Shown: piece by piece, positions 8,823 to 18,810 of the stretch
Numbering within the stretch: the first letter of the stretch is position 1
Layout of the letters: every line of letters starts with the position of its first letter
Source: a virus
Virus record (IMG/VR): IMGVR_UViG_3300028394_000041
Location: 1 to 64,000 of that record
Strand: one strand, 5' to 3'
DNA: 64,000 nt
The notes under the pieces: model-generated
What the model was told of the DNA's origin: nothing
The model's input: the letters and a program-made list of their open reading frames with translations, nothing else
The model's database searches: none
Position numbers and translations under genes: made by a program

Positions 8823-9497
8823 TTAATCCCATAAGTCTTTAAAGTAAAGTCCGAGCAAAAGAAGTCCATTCCTTTGACGCTCATAGGCTTTATTTAATTT
8901 TGAGTAATCTGGTTGAATGTTATCCTTGCTTTCAAACTCAACCAAACTTGTTCCGTCTCCTTGAGGAGTCAGAAACATTTGTCTATCTTCGATAGGGTCG
9001 AATCCCTTTGGATAAACTTCATAGAGTCTATCTAAATTGATATCTATATTATCCTCATCTACTATCATTTGTAGTGAGAATATAATTTCATCTAATAAAT
9101 ATTCATATTCTTTTTCATCTAAAGAAAGTTCCAAGCCAGTTGTTTTATCTTTATGACATCCAAGTTTTTTATCAAATTCATAATTATCTTGCTCTCCAAC
9201 ATAAGGCACAATCTTACCATCTATAACTAAATGATGACGATTAGCAAGGCTATTATAGTTTTTGCGAAGATGCTTGATTCTTGGAAGTATAAACTTTGCG
9301 ATAGCTTGAGGAAGATTCCAGCAATCACTATCAGAATATCCACGAATTAATCTTTGAAGTTTATTCTTTAAACCCCACTTAACATTAAGATAAGTATGAG
9401 AGTAATAATTGACCTCGGTTAGAAACCAATTTATAATAGGATTCTTGTGAAATCTAAAAGATCGCATCAATTCTTCAAATGTTTTTCTTTCGCTCAT
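8823..9497 (-). CDS. conserved phage hypothetical protein
   Basis: RGYSDSDCWNL...FILPRI...GLLLLGLYFKDLWD pattern. Confidence 0.75.
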   Translation of the reverse strand: MSERKTFEELMRSFRFHKNPIINWFLTEVNYYSHTYLNVKWGLKNKLQRLIRGYSDSDCWNLPQAIAKFILPRIKHLRKNYNSLANRHHLVIDGKIVPYVGEQDNYEFDKKLGCHKDKTTGLELSLDEKEYEYLLDEIIFSLQMIVDEDNIDINLDRLYEVYPKGFDPIEDRQMFLTPQGDGTSLVEFESKDNIQPDYSKLNKAYERQRNGLLLLGLYFKDLWD

Positions 9498-9844
9498 AAC
9501 TTATTTAAAGTTTCTCTTACTGAGTCTAACACTTCTTTAAGGTCTTGCAAGGAAAAAAAGTCAATAATAGAACCATTAAAATTATATCCGTTGCCTTCTT
9601 TGGTTAAACTAACCATAAGTTTAGTCTCGGCAACAATGTAATTCGTTCCATTCCAAGAAGTTTGTTTAGCTTCTTTTCCGTGAAAGTATGCTACTGCTGT
9701 TGGGTTTTTATCATTAACATTAGACATACGAATAGTTACCGCTTCACAAGGAAACTTGTGAGTTTGTGTTTTTTCAATGATCTGTTCTTTTGGAACAATA
9801 CCTTTGATTCTGCTGTTTTTTTCCCAAAATATTTTCTGATTCAT
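9494..9844 (-). CDS. hypothetical protein
   Basis: ORF; ATGA overlap start at 9844. Confidence 0.6.
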   Translation of the reverse strand: MNQKIFWEKNSRIKGIVPKEQIIEKTQTHKFPCEAVTIRMSNVNDKNPTAVAYFHGKEAKQTSWNGTNYIVAETKLMVSLTKEGNGYNFNGSIIDFFSLQDLKEVLDSVRETLNKL

Positions 9845-10170
9845 AAACCTTCCTCCTTGCATTTTTCTTCGTAATCCTTTATAGTTTTATAATCATCCCA
9901 ACGCCCAGCGTTGGCTAGAATATTACTTGTAAGCATTACTCGATGTTCTCCCTCTTTTTTACTATGCTTTTCATCATATGTCAAGGTAATTAAACCTAAT
10001 CCATAATCATCATAGTCTAAAACTTTTAAATCTACTCCTTCTTTCTCTTCTTGATCTAAAAGAGATTCGATTGCTCTTGTGGTAGCTTCTGTATATCTAT
10101 CAGACTTTTTAACATCTTTATCTAAGGCTACTTTAGCAAACCAATTATGTCCACTTACAAAAAAGTTCAT
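9841..10170 (-). CDS. hypothetical protein
   Basis: ORF; likely start MNFFV at 10170. Confidence 0.6.
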   Translation of the reverse strand: MNFFVSGHNWFAKVALDKDVKKSDRYTEATTRAIESLLDQEEKEGVDLKVLDYDDYGLGLITLTYDEKHSKKEGEHRVMLTSNILANAGRWDDYKTIKDYEEKCKEEGL

Positions 10171-10171
10171 A

Positions 10172-10447
10172 TTAGTATGCAAAATTATCGTCTCCATCAT
10201 CTTCATCTTCTTCAAAATCATAAGATTTTTCTTCTTCTTCTTTTAATCTAAACCAGATATTGACTTTATCTTTAATTTGTTTATGTTGCATATTAACAAA
10301 CTCTAATGGACAATTTTCTAATCGTGACATTATAATTTCTGCAAATTGGACATCTGTATTAATAAATAAACTTGCATCACTTTCAACCCATTCATATGAT
10401 TCAGCATATTCTTCGCAGATCGTTTGAATTTTAGGGTGTAGCTTCAT
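10172..10447 (-). CDS. hypothetical protein with acidic tail
   Basis: ORF with ATGA overlap. Confidence 0.6.
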   Translation of the reverse strand: MKLHPKIQTICEEYAESYEWVESDASLFINTDVQFAEIIMSRLENCPLEFVNMQHKQIKDKVNIWFRLKEEEEKSYDFEEDEDDGDDNFAY

Positions 10448-10638
10448 AAATCTTTTAAATCAATTTTTTCTATTTCTTCTTCTTCATTATTAACTTTGCC
10501 ACGAATTTCAGCCAATAGATTAACTACTGCATCTAAATCGTGTTCGCTAGAGTCGCTCGTATCAAAATCAATTAGCTCTTGAATATTTACAATATCTTCA
10601 ATTACTAAATCAATTTTGTCAATTATTTTCTTTTTCAT
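10444..10638 (-). CDS. hypothetical acidic protein
   Basis: ORF in gene train. Confidence 0.55.
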   Translation of the reverse strand: MKKKIIDKIDLVIEDIVNIQELIDFDTSDSSEHDLDAVVNLLAEIRGKVNNEEEEIEKIDLKDL

Positions 10639-10822
10639 TTTGCCCTTTCTCGGTTTGTAGAGTATCTAATTCTTTTTCATTTAAGTCAAGTGCAGAAGGA
10701 TGGATTGTTAATATCATATCCAAATGAGGCACAAGACAATAAAACATTTTTGAATTGCTGTCATAGCTTATAACTTCTAAAAGAGTTCCGTACTTTTTTG
10801 TTTTTACTTTTGAAGTTTTCAT
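10619..10822 (-). CDS. hypothetical protein
   Basis: ORF with ATGA overlap to the RuvB-like gene. Confidence 0.55.
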   Translation of the reverse strand: MKTSKVKTKKYGTLLEVISYDSNSKMFYCLVPHLDMILTIHPSALDLNEKELDTLQTEKGQNEKENN

Positions 10823-11751
10823 TTAGTTAAATGCTCCTTATGATAATCGAAACCTCTTTTAGTTAAGGCTCGACCAGTAGGACGAATTTCAATTAAACTA
10901 TTTCTCATAAGATAAAGCTCAACATTCTTTTGTAACATATCTTTGGTAAGATTAGTTTTGGCAGAAAGATTAGTAAGCCTTAATTCTCCGTGTTCTTTTA
11001 GAATTTTAATTACATTAAGTTCGATTTCTGATAGGCCAAGAGGATAGATAGATAACTTGTCTTTAATCTCGTTCCAACCCTCGCTAGTGAGTTTATTGAT
11101 ATTTTTAGATGACAGATAGGATGAGATTTGATTAGCCATAGACTGAGCTTGGCGAGCGTTACCACGGCATACGCTGGAAACCTCATTTAGAATCTGCTCT
11201 TCGATATATTGGTTTTTCCTTTTAAGGTTGTTTTGAATTATCTTGCCAAGATCAATATAAGAATAATCTTCCATATCTATTCTAAATAGACGATCTAATA
11301 ATGCGTGAAAAAGTTTCTGAGCCTCAGTTGTGCAAAAGATGAAGGAGTTTTGATTAAATCTAAAATTGTAAGTTCCTTCTTCAAAGGTAAATTCGTTAGA
11401 GTTATTTTGATTAGGGTTCAAGATGGTAAGAAGTGCCATAGTAACATCTCTTGGCAATTCACTAGCTTCATCAAATATAATTGTGGTATCTTTATCAAAG
11501 ACATAAGGAAGCATAATTTGATTAAAGAAACTTTTAACATTCTTTATCGTGGAACAATTAACGATAATGTTTCTTTCTCGTTTCATTATCTTGCTCGTCT
11601 CTTGAGCGATAAGAGTCTTTCCGCATCCTCTTGGAGCAACAAAAAGTAAATGAGGAATAATCCTAGTCTGATTAAATCCTTGCAATAAAAAGTTAAGTTT
11701 GCCCTTTGTCTTTTCTTGTCCAACTATCTGTGAATAATTTTGTTGTGCCAT
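10819..11751 (-). CDS. ruvB: RuvB-like Holliday junction branch-migration AAA+ ATPase
   Basis: IVGQEK, PHLLFVAPRGCGKT (Walker A), IIFDEA (Walker B), CRGNAR, C-terminal VELYL....IEIRPTGRALT; start 11751 set by leaderless promoter TTGCTC-17-TATAAA. Confidence 0.85.
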   Translation of the reverse strand: MAQQNYSQIVGQEKTKGKLNFLLQGFNQTRIIPHLLFVAPRGCGKTLIAQETSKIMKRERNIIVNCSTIKNVKSFFNQIMLPYVFDKDTTIIFDEASELPRDVTMALLTILNPNQNNSNEFTFEEGTYNFRFNQNSFIFCTTEAQKLFHALLDRLFRIDMEDYSYIDLGKIIQNNLKRKNQYIEEQILNEVSSVCRGNARQAQSMANQISSYLSSKNINKLTSEGWNEIKDKLSIYPLGLSEIELNVIKILKEHGELRLTNLSAKTNLTKDMLQKNVELYLMRNSLIEIRPTGRALTKRGFDYHKEHLTK

Positions 11752-11795
11752 AGTTCCTTTATACAAGGGATTTTTTTCTAGAGCAAGGACTTTCT

Positions 11796-12002
11796 TTAAG
11801 TTACTTGAAAATCAATAGGTTGCTGAATACTATCGTAGGTTTTGGTGGTAACTTCTTTTTCAATTCCTCTAATACTTAAATTGTCTGCAAATTTCTTTGA
11901 TACGATAATGATTGCGTCTTGCTTTAAAACTTTATTTAATTCCGCAAGAGGAATCATACAAAAACAAAACGAACCTTTCTTGCGTCCTCTCGTAGATTTC
12001 AT
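11796..12002 (-). CDS. hypothetical protein
   Basis: N-terminal RGRKKGS basic motif. Confidence 0.6.
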   Translation of the reverse strand: MKSTRGRKKGSFCFCMIPLAELNKVLKQDAIIIVSKKFADNLSIRGIEKEVTTKTYDSIQQPIDFQVT

Positions 12003-12184
12003 TGTTCCTCCTCGTTACCCATTTCTCTCATAGCGTTTAATAAATCATATTTTAATGATTCTAAAACTCCAATAGCTTGAAATGCTGTCATATCACTTTC
12101 CTTGGCATATCTTACGATATCTTTAAAAAGAGTTTCTCGTAATTGATTTCCAGCATCGCAATTAAAATTATTTTCTTCACTCAT
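11999..12184 (-). CDS. hypothetical protein
   Basis: ORF with ATGA overlaps. Confidence 0.6.
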   Translation of the reverse strand: MSEENNFNCDAGNQLRETLFKDIVRYAKESDMTAFQAIGVLESLKYDLLNAMREMGNEEEQ

Positions 12185-12423
12185 AAATTAAACTTGCTTA
12201 CTTTAACTCCAAATCCAAATAAAGTCAAGCTAAATATTTTTCCGTATTCATATAATTCAAATGATATGTCTGTGCTTAAATTGAATTTAAATCCAAACCA
12301 TTTATTATCATCTTCATTTTTATAACCGAGAGAGATGGTCGGTAGGGTAAATCTAATTTCAAGATTATTATTCCTACCAAACCATCTCCCTATGCACCAA
12401 TCAATGTGCAAACCTAATTTCAT
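12181..12423 (-). CDS. hypothetical protein
   Basis: ORF coupled to the rIIB stop. Confidence 0.55.
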   Translation of the reverse strand: MKLGLHIDWCIGRWFGRNNNLEIRFTLPTISLGYKNEDDNKWFGFKFNLSTDISFELYEYGKIFSLTLFGFGVKVSKFNL

Positions 12424-13319
12424 TATCCCTTAACAAACCTTCCAGTATGAGGGTCACGCTTATTGTGATAATTAGCTTTAAGTGTGCCATCAGTTCCCCA
12501 ATCTGGAATATCATCATCCTCATCGGGGTCTACATAATACATTTCTTGCATAGCTTCGATAGCTTCTGGACGATATGGATGAATATAATTTCCGTAAGTA
12601 ATATCATAAAGTTCTTTGTCAAGAGATTTACGATATAGTGCAACAACTTCTAATTTAGATGCACGAAGTTTCTGACATTCACAATCGTTTGGAACAGAAA
12701 CTACATCAGCAGGGTTGATCTTAACTATCACAAGATTACCACCACCATTGAAGCTCTTTGCATATTCCTCTGAGCCAGCGTGATAACCAGCAGAACAACC
12801 AATATCTGCATCATCGCAAACTTGATTTCTGGTCATCTCACGGACTTGGCCGATAGCAAAATTGTGTTTGCCACTATACCAATCAGTAAAATCATTTCTA
12901 ACGCTCTTGTATGCAAGAAAATCGCCATCTGGTGTGAGAGGCATTTTCTTATGCTCCAAGAATTTGTAGAGTTCATTAACTGCTCTGCGAGAAGGATTTG
13001 CCATTAGCTTATCAAGAAACTTGACAAGAGGCTCATAAGGCAAACCATTCTTAATAAAGTTCAAGATTCTATCTACAACAATATTATGAATTTCCTCGCC
13101 AGCATAAGTCACAAGCCCATCACGGACTTCAATTTTGCCGTGAGAGAATCGTGCAATAGCTTTGCTCTTGTCGAGAATATCTGGAAGATCATTAAACCTT
13201 CCTTCTCTGATTGCGTTAATAGCGTCTTTCCAAATTGGATTTTCGCTAGTGATAGTCTTGGGTTCATCGTTAAGAACAATGGTAAGACTCCGATCTGTTA
13301 ATATGTATGGTATTTTCAT
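12423..13319 (-). CDS. rIIB: rIIB-like protein
   Basis: NPS...ELYKFLEH..MPLTPDGDFLAYKSV...CSAGYHAG...VKINPADVVSVP; adjacent to rIIA. Confidence 0.85.
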   Translation of the reverse strand: MKIPYILTDRSLTIVLNDEPKTITSENPIWKDAINAIREGRFNDLPDILDKSKAIARFSHGKIEVRDGLVTYAGEEIHNIVVDRILNFIKNGLPYEPLVKFLDKLMANPSRRAVNELYKFLEHKKMPLTPDGDFLAYKSVRNDFTDWYSGKHNFAIGQVREMTRNQVCDDADIGCSAGYHAGSEEYAKSFNGGGNLVIVKINPADVVSVPNDCECQKLRASKLEVVALYRKSLDKELYDITYGNYIHPYRPEAIEAMQEMYYVDPDEDDDIPDWGTDGTLKANYHNKRDPHTGRFVKG

Positions 13320-13341
13320 TTCTTCTAATTTATACTCCTTT

Positions 13342-15540
13342 TTAGTTTTTGTCAACAAGATTTATGTAATTTAAAATCTTTGTCATTTCTGGTTTGCTAT
13401 TGTAATGCCACCCATAAGTATGAGGGACAAATACATCTAGCACTTCATATCTGCTTCGCATACTCTTTAAGAGAGTATTCAAATCATAACTTGGATTGAC
13501 TTGATCGAATTTAATATCAATTTCAGCCAATTTTAAAAACTCAAGAGCTTCGCCAACCTTCTTAAAGTTCGATTTTGCGTAAAACATAATCGCACTTAAA
13601 TATTGGGCAAACTCTGAATTTTGATTTTCAATAAGTTCGTGCAAACTTTTCTTGTGCATATCTTGAACAACATCAGCAAAGTTATTATCTTCTTTAGTGT
13701 GTTTATCCCAATGATTCTTGTCTGTGATTTGCTGTGATAGTTTAGAATACTCGTTGCGGATTCCATCTTCAAGATGCTTCCAAAGGCTTGTAAGATTTTT
13801 ATTTTTAGTAATAATCTTTTTCTTAGATTCAAAAGTTTTAGATTTGATTCCATAAACTTCTGGAAGTTTCTCGCCAGTAAGTTCTTCATACTTCTCAAGA
13901 ATTTCTTTTAGAGTTCCATTTCTAAATTCGTGTTCCTTGCCTTGGGCTTGGAAGTTGCTTATCTCCACATAGATAGCAGTATCATTAGCTAAATCCATAG
14001 CCATAGTCTCCCAATTATTAGAATTTGTTCCCCAATTCGTAGCATCTTTACGCTTAAACTTAAAGATTTGAGAAGAATGTTTTGGATTCTTACTGGTTAC
14101 AACGCTAGTTCCAGAGTTGATTTTCTGAATAGTAATCTTCTCATAATCAGAGAGATTCAAATAGTTTTCAGTTACAAGACCAAGTTCCTTGTTAAAGGCA
14201 TCTTTTGTCGCTTGATCTGCGAATGTAAATACATAAGCACCATCAATCTTGTCTCCTAATTCATTCCAAAGAGTAGCAAGACGATGAGTTACTCCCATAG
14301 CTGAACCAGTATCATTAACTAAAATCTTGTGAGTCTTTTCGCAAAGAATCCTTTTATCTTCACTTTCAGAATTTAGCTTTGTGCTTCTACGAGATTTTTG
14401 GTAAAACTTAGAAACTAATTTACCATTCTCAATCATCTTCGCAATCTTATCATTGAAATCAATATGATTATCATTAATAGCCTTGTTATTCCAAGTTACT
14501 TTGTTACTTAAAGAATTACGAACAATGTAGCCCAAACTACCATAAGTACCAAACACTTCATTGTAAAGAGATTTAGCATCATAGACATTTGTAGAATCTT
14601 TAAATTGTTGGGAGATAGACTCTGCCATCTCTTTCTTAATCTTGCGAAACTTGTCTCTAATAGCTTTCTTAGTCTTTTCTGTATATTCTAGATTCTCTCT
14701 GCTCGCAGTAATATCTAGTTCACCAAGATCAAACTCAACTTCAAATCCTTGGCTACAAATACTTTGCTCATCACAATCTTCTTTGAATTGCACATCGCTA
14801 GTCTCAATAGGATAACCAACTCCCATAATAGCAACAGATTCTCTGCCATAGCTAGAGTTATTATAATAAGCCCAACCATTACCTTTAAATACTGGTGTGC
14901 GATCATAAACTTCTGATAAATCTTCTTTCCTTGCACCTTTGATAAGTGGCTTATTCTTAAAGTATTTAAACAATTCTTTAGCGGTAGACAAGAATGTTTC
15001 AGTATCTTCTTCTTTGATTGGAACAGAAATTAATACGCCAGAAGGTTCAGAAGATTTTTCTTCTTTGAGCTTTACAATCTTACCGATTTTTGTTTCATCA
15101 ATAAAAGCATTATAGGTTGTCTTGATTCCTTTGTGGTAAGAAACTAGAACGAAGTTATCACCATAACTAAATGGTGCAAACTTTCCAATGCCATAATATC
15201 CAATAGCAGAATTACTTTCTCGCTTTGTGGATTCACCATAGAAACAATAAAGATTCTTAATATCATCAGAAGAAAGACCATTACCAAAATCTCTGATAGT
15301 TAAAGTAGGGTCTAGCTTTGTAGGAAGTTTAACTTCAAAAGGACGCTTGCTTTTTGCTTCGATATTAGCGTCTTGTGCATTACAAGAGACTTCACGCAAA
15401 ACTGCGAGAGGCTTGTTGGAATACAACTGGTTACGAAGGATGTTAAAGATATAAGGCAAACCGCTTTGTTTGATTCCGAAACTTACGGATTCAAAGCTCT
15501 GCGATTCGACTACATTGATTGGTTTTTCTAGTAATTTCAT
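13342..15540 (-). CDS. rIIA: rIIA-like protein (GHKL ATPase N-terminus)
   Basis: LYSNKPLAVLREVSCNAQDA, IRDFGNGLS, ESTKRESN..IGYYGIGK; leaderless promoter TTGACT-17-TATATT. Confidence 0.88.
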   Translation of the reverse strand: MKLLEKPINVVESQSFESVSFGIKQSGLPYIFNILRNQLYSNKPLAVLREVSCNAQDANIEAKSKRPFEVKLPTKLDPTLTIRDFGNGLSSDDIKNLYCFYGESTKRESNSAIGYYGIGKFAPFSYGDNFVLVSYHKGIKTTYNAFIDETKIGKIVKLKEEKSSEPSGVLISVPIKEEDTETFLSTAKELFKYFKNKPLIKGARKEDLSEVYDRTPVFKGNGWAYYNNSSYGRESVAIMGVGYPIETSDVQFKEDCDEQSICSQGFEVEFDLGELDITASRENLEYTEKTKKAIRDKFRKIKKEMAESISQQFKDSTNVYDAKSLYNEVFGTYGSLGYIVRNSLSNKVTWNNKAINDNHIDFNDKIAKMIENGKLVSKFYQKSRRSTKLNSESEDKRILCEKTHKILVNDTGSAMGVTHRLATLWNELGDKIDGAYVFTFADQATKDAFNKELGLVTENYLNLSDYEKITIQKINSGTSVVTSKNPKHSSQIFKFKRKDATNWGTNSNNWETMAMDLANDTAIYVEISNFQAQGKEHEFRNGTLKEILEKYEELTGEKLPEVYGIKSKTFESKKKIITKNKNLTSLWKHLEDGIRNEYSKLSQQITDKNHWDKHTKEDNNFADVVQDMHKKSLHELIENQNSEFAQYLSAIMFYAKSNFKKVGEALEFLKLAEIDIKFDQVNPSYDLNTLLKSMRSRYEVLDVFVPHTYGWHYNSKPEMTKILNYINLVDKN

Positions 15541-15601
15541 ATTCTTAATATAAATGAATTTTAAATTAGAGTCAAACAGATTTTATAAAATATTTTCTTT
15601 G

Positions 15602-15991
15602 TCAAGCGTTAAATTCTGCAAACTCTTGAGGCACAACAACATTTGAAGGATAGGAAATAAACATAGGAGCGATATCTTTAATAGTATATCCAGCTAAACC
15701 GCAACCAATCTTGGTTACTAAGAAATCTCTTAGAGGATAAGTCTTTGCTACATCTAGAAATTCATTCACATAAAATTTAATATATCTTAATGGCAAAGCA
15801 TTGAAGTTAACATCTTTGGTAGGAATAGCATAACTCTTTCCTTGAAGTCCAACTCCTTGACCCCATTTTGCACTAAATTTATCTAATGCTAGTTTAGCTG
15901 TTCCTCCAGCGTGGATACCAAATAGATTTGAGCCAAATACAAATACTTGGCAATCAGCAAGAGATTGAATATTTTCTGGTGTGTATTTCAT
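15602..15991 (-). CDS. A1S_2505-family / macrodomain-like phage protein
   Basis: VFVFGSNL.GIHAGGTA...G.QGKSYAIPT...VTKIGCGLAG. Confidence 0.75.
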   Translation of the reverse strand: MKYTPENIQSLADCQVFVFGSNLFGIHAGGTAKLALDKFSAKWGQGVGLQGKSYAIPTKDVNFNALPLRYIKFYVNEFLDVAKTYPLRDFLVTKIGCGLAGYTIKDIAPMFISYPSNVVVPQEFAEFNA

Positions 15992-15992
15992 T

Positions 15993-16235
15993 TTATTCGT
16001 GGTGTTTGCAACCTTGATGTTCAAAAGTTAAGAGTCCACATCTATGACTTTTACTATTACAGCATACTCCCCAATCGTTTCCAAGGTCACTTTCTAAATT
16101 CAAATAATGCTTACAACCCATAGAACAATCTGGATAATTTTCGTTTTCGTTTTCCCATCTAATTACTTTGCCAAAAGGTTCATAATCTTCTTCTTTTTTT
16201 ATTACTATTTTTAGTAAGTGATCGTGATTATTCAT
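15993..16235 (-). CDS. small Cys/His-rich protein (DUF3027-like)
   Basis: CSMGC...DWGVCCN..S...GLLTFEHQGC. Confidence 0.55.
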   Translation of the reverse strand: MNNHDHLLKIVIKKEEDYEPFGKVIRWENENENYPDCSMGCKHYLNLESDLGNDWGVCCNSKSHRCGLLTFEHQGCKHHE

Positions 16236-17340
16236 AGCTATCTCTATCAATAGCAATCACATATCCAAATCTCGGCACATTATCTGGGGTATAATTAAAG
16301 AATTTTATGGTAGCTTTTTTGCCCACTAATTCATTTCTTTGCTTATAAAGTTCTTTGAGATAACCAAAGTCACCTTTGATATTACTCTTAAAGTATCTAC
16401 CTTGTGCGTTCACAAACTCCATATATCCAGCAGTTCCTTTACGATTGCCTTCGCCTTCTTTGACTCCATTGATAATAAATTCAGCATCCATAAACTCTTT
16501 TCTTTTAAGAAGAAATTTACTACGCTTATTTTCATAAGGTCTATTTAATCTAACCATTTGACCTTCATAGCCTTGTTCCATATACATTTCGTAGGCTTGA
16601 TTTAGTTCTTCTTCTTTACTTACTTTCAAAGTAGTAACAACCACAATGCTCGTATATTTTCTTTTAGTAAGAGCGTTAGAAACTAATTCATATCTCTCAT
16701 AGAATAAGTCTTGCTGATTTAATAAACCAATTATAGGAGCATCATAAACCCAATACTGAATACTATCCGCACTCTCTTCTAATTCTTTATCGTCTGGCTT
16801 AGTTCTTTTAACTAAACTACAAATCTTATTAAAATCATTAGCAAACTTATCGCAATATAATTCTCCGTCAAGAACCGCATTAGGATAATCTTTAAAAAAG
16901 AAATCGAGATTACTGCGAATATGAGGAGCAGAAATAACCTTCTTGCCGTTTCTGGTGAACATTCCTTCTTTGGTTACGATGCAACGAATACCATCAAGTT
17001 TGGGTTGACTATAAACTGGATAGTTGATTTCGTGATCTTCATACTTTTGTGCAAGCATTGGCTCAAAGTATTGAACCTTATTAATATCTTTGATAGATTC
17101 AAAGTATCCAGATTCTAACTTCTTCTTTCGTTTAGCTTCTGCTTCTTTTAAACATTGTTCTTCTGGAGTTGTAGCATTTGCTTTGCCAGCGTTTTTGATT
17201 TCGCAATCGCTCCAATTATTCGTGATCTTTTCTCCATCGGTTTGACCAGAGATGGTGCGATATTGACTACCTTTGACTTCAATAGTCCACTCTTGGACTT
17301 TGCCAGTCTTTGTCTTTTTATAAATTGTATCTAACTTCAT
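16228..17340 (-). CDS. ATP-dependent DNA ligase
   Basis: QPKLDGIR, LDGELY, GYEGQMVR, LLKRK motifs; start 17340 set by leaderless promoter TTGACC-17-TATACT. Confidence 0.92.
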   Translation of the reverse strand: MKLDTIYKKTKTGKVQEWTIEVKGSQYRTISGQTDGEKITNNWSDCEIKNAGKANATTPEEQCLKEAEAKRKKKLESGYFESIKDINKVQYFEPMLAQKYEDHEINYPVYSQPKLDGIRCIVTKEGMFTRNGKKVISAPHIRSNLDFFFKDYPNAVLDGELYCDKFANDFNKICSLVKRTKPDDKELEESADSIQYWVYDAPIIGLLNQQDLFYERYELVSNALTKRKYTSIVVVTTLKVSKEEELNQAYEMYMEQGYEGQMVRLNRPYENKRSKFLLKRKEFMDAEFIINGVKEGEGNRKGTAGYMEFVNAQGRYFKSNIKGDFGYLKELYKQRNELVGKKATIKFFNYTPDNVPRFGYVIAIDRDSYE

Positions 17341-17371
17341 AGTCTCAGTATATACTGGACTAACCAAATGG

Positions 17372-17557
17372 TCAAACTTTGTTTTTTTTTGATTTACAAG
17401 GAGTTGCAACTTTAAGCAAAGAAAAAGTTCCGTCCTTGTTATCGTGCCAATCTATCGTATCACCAGTTTCCCAGCCCATCTTTTTCATTAGCTTTTTTGG
17501 AAACTCTATATAAAGATATCCGTCTTTATGTTGTTGAACTGGTATGTTATATTTCAT
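17372..17557 (-). CDS. AbrB/MazE-like small DNA-binding protein
   Basis: LYIEFPKKLMKKMGWETGDTIDW pattern. Confidence 0.6.
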   Translation of the reverse strand: MKYNIPVQQHKDGYLYIEFPKKLMKKMGWETGDTIDWHDNKDGTFSLLKVATPCKSKKNKV

Positions 17558-18150
17558 TTTAAATTTAAAATAGGTTTTGGTTCGTCAAATAAAGATAATG
17601 TTCTTGCTCTTTCTTGGGGAGTATCGTTCATTACTGATATTTCTTCTAGTCCGTACTTCCTTATTTGGTCATTAACTGCTTGACCAGCATCATCTTCATT
17701 TTCAAATAATCCTAAATGATTTAATTTATTATTTATAAAAAAATACGCTATCCACTTTTTTGCTTTCTTCTGCCAAGATACCCCTTTATAAATAGAGCTT
17801 CCTCTTCTTCTTTTCTCGGAATTTCTCAAATTTTGACTATTAGTTAATTCTCTTAAATTTTCTATATTATTATTTAATGAATTTCGATCTTTATGATCGA
17901 CAATATCTGGAAGATAACCATTGTGCCAATAAAAAAATAAACGGCTTACTCTTAACGAATACTTTTTGCCATTGTTAATAAATCGAACATTTTTATAACC
18001 ATTTCTTGATTCTTTATTGATCTTCAAAGACTGAGTTAATATTTTTCCTTTTCTTATGTCTGTAATCTCTTGAGTATCTAAATTTATATGTAAATACTCT
18101 TTCATTTTTTCAAGAGTAGGAAAAAGATCTAAAATATTATTTTTCTTCAT
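17554..18150 (-). CDS. HNH-AP2 homing endonuclease
   Basis: VDHKDRNSLNNNIENLR...N; YKGVSW..KKW.A...HLGLF. Confidence 0.85.
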   Translation of the reverse strand: MKKNNILDLFPTLEKMKEYLHINLDTQEITDIRKGKILTQSLKINKESRNGYKNVRFINNGKKYSLRVSRLFFYWHNGYLPDIVDHKDRNSLNNNIENLRELTNSQNLRNSEKRRRGSSIYKGVSWQKKAKKWIAYFFINNKLNHLGLFENEDDAGQAVNDQIRKYGLEEISVMNDTPQERARTLSLFDEPKPILNLK

Positions 18151-18794
18151 CTTGGTGTTAATAGATTTACGGCTTTGGAAATTCCCTTCCATTGTAGCCA
18201 ATTTAAAACTTTAATAGGTTTATCTAACTTATAAGAGATTTTCCTACCCAAAGACTCGATAGGCTTAACATAATAATTAAAGTAAAGACTATAAACTGGA
18301 CACTTCATTTTTGATTTGTGGTCGTTCATTTTTTTAAAAAAATTCTCATCAGATTCTATTCTGTCTTTAGATGAGTGTTTTTCTATTGGAGTAATTAAAG
18401 ATATCTCTGTAAGCAATCCTTTTACTACAACGCATTTCCAATCTGGAAAAAGATCATAGCTTTCTTTTGTTTCGCCATAAATATAATTTCCAAAAGTAAA
18501 TGTGCCAGTATAATCATCTCTAAAAACTTCTTCTCTGCTATCTTCTACCCATCTATTTTTATTAAAAAATTCGCTAAATTTAGTCTCACCTTTTACATAA
18601 GATGGATTATCTTCCCAATGACCATCTACTTTTAATTCAAATAATCTATAATCACGGATAATATAAGTAGACATTATACTATCTTCTAGCTCTTTTGTTT
18701 GATATTCTTCTTTCTTAAAGTCAATATTAAGAGTTTTCAATTCCTCATTAAGAGGTAAATCTTGCTCAACTTTGATATAATTAAACATACCCAT
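18147..18794 (-). CDS. conserved phage hypothetical protein
   Basis: MGMFNYI...YQTKEL pattern; leaderless promoter TTGACA-16-TAATAT. Confidence 0.7.
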   Translation of the reverse strand: MGMFNYIKVEQDLPLNEELKTLNIDFKKEEYQTKELEDSIMSTYIIRDYRLFELKVDGHWEDNPSYVKGETKFSEFFNKNRWVEDSREEVFRDDYTGTFTFGNYIYGETKESYDLFPDWKCVVVKGLLTEISLITPIEKHSSKDRIESDENFFKKMNDHKSKMKCPVYSLYFNYYVKPIESLGRKISYKLDKPIKVLNWLQWKGISKAVNLLTPR

Positions 18795-18810
18795 ATACTT
18801 ATATTACTCT

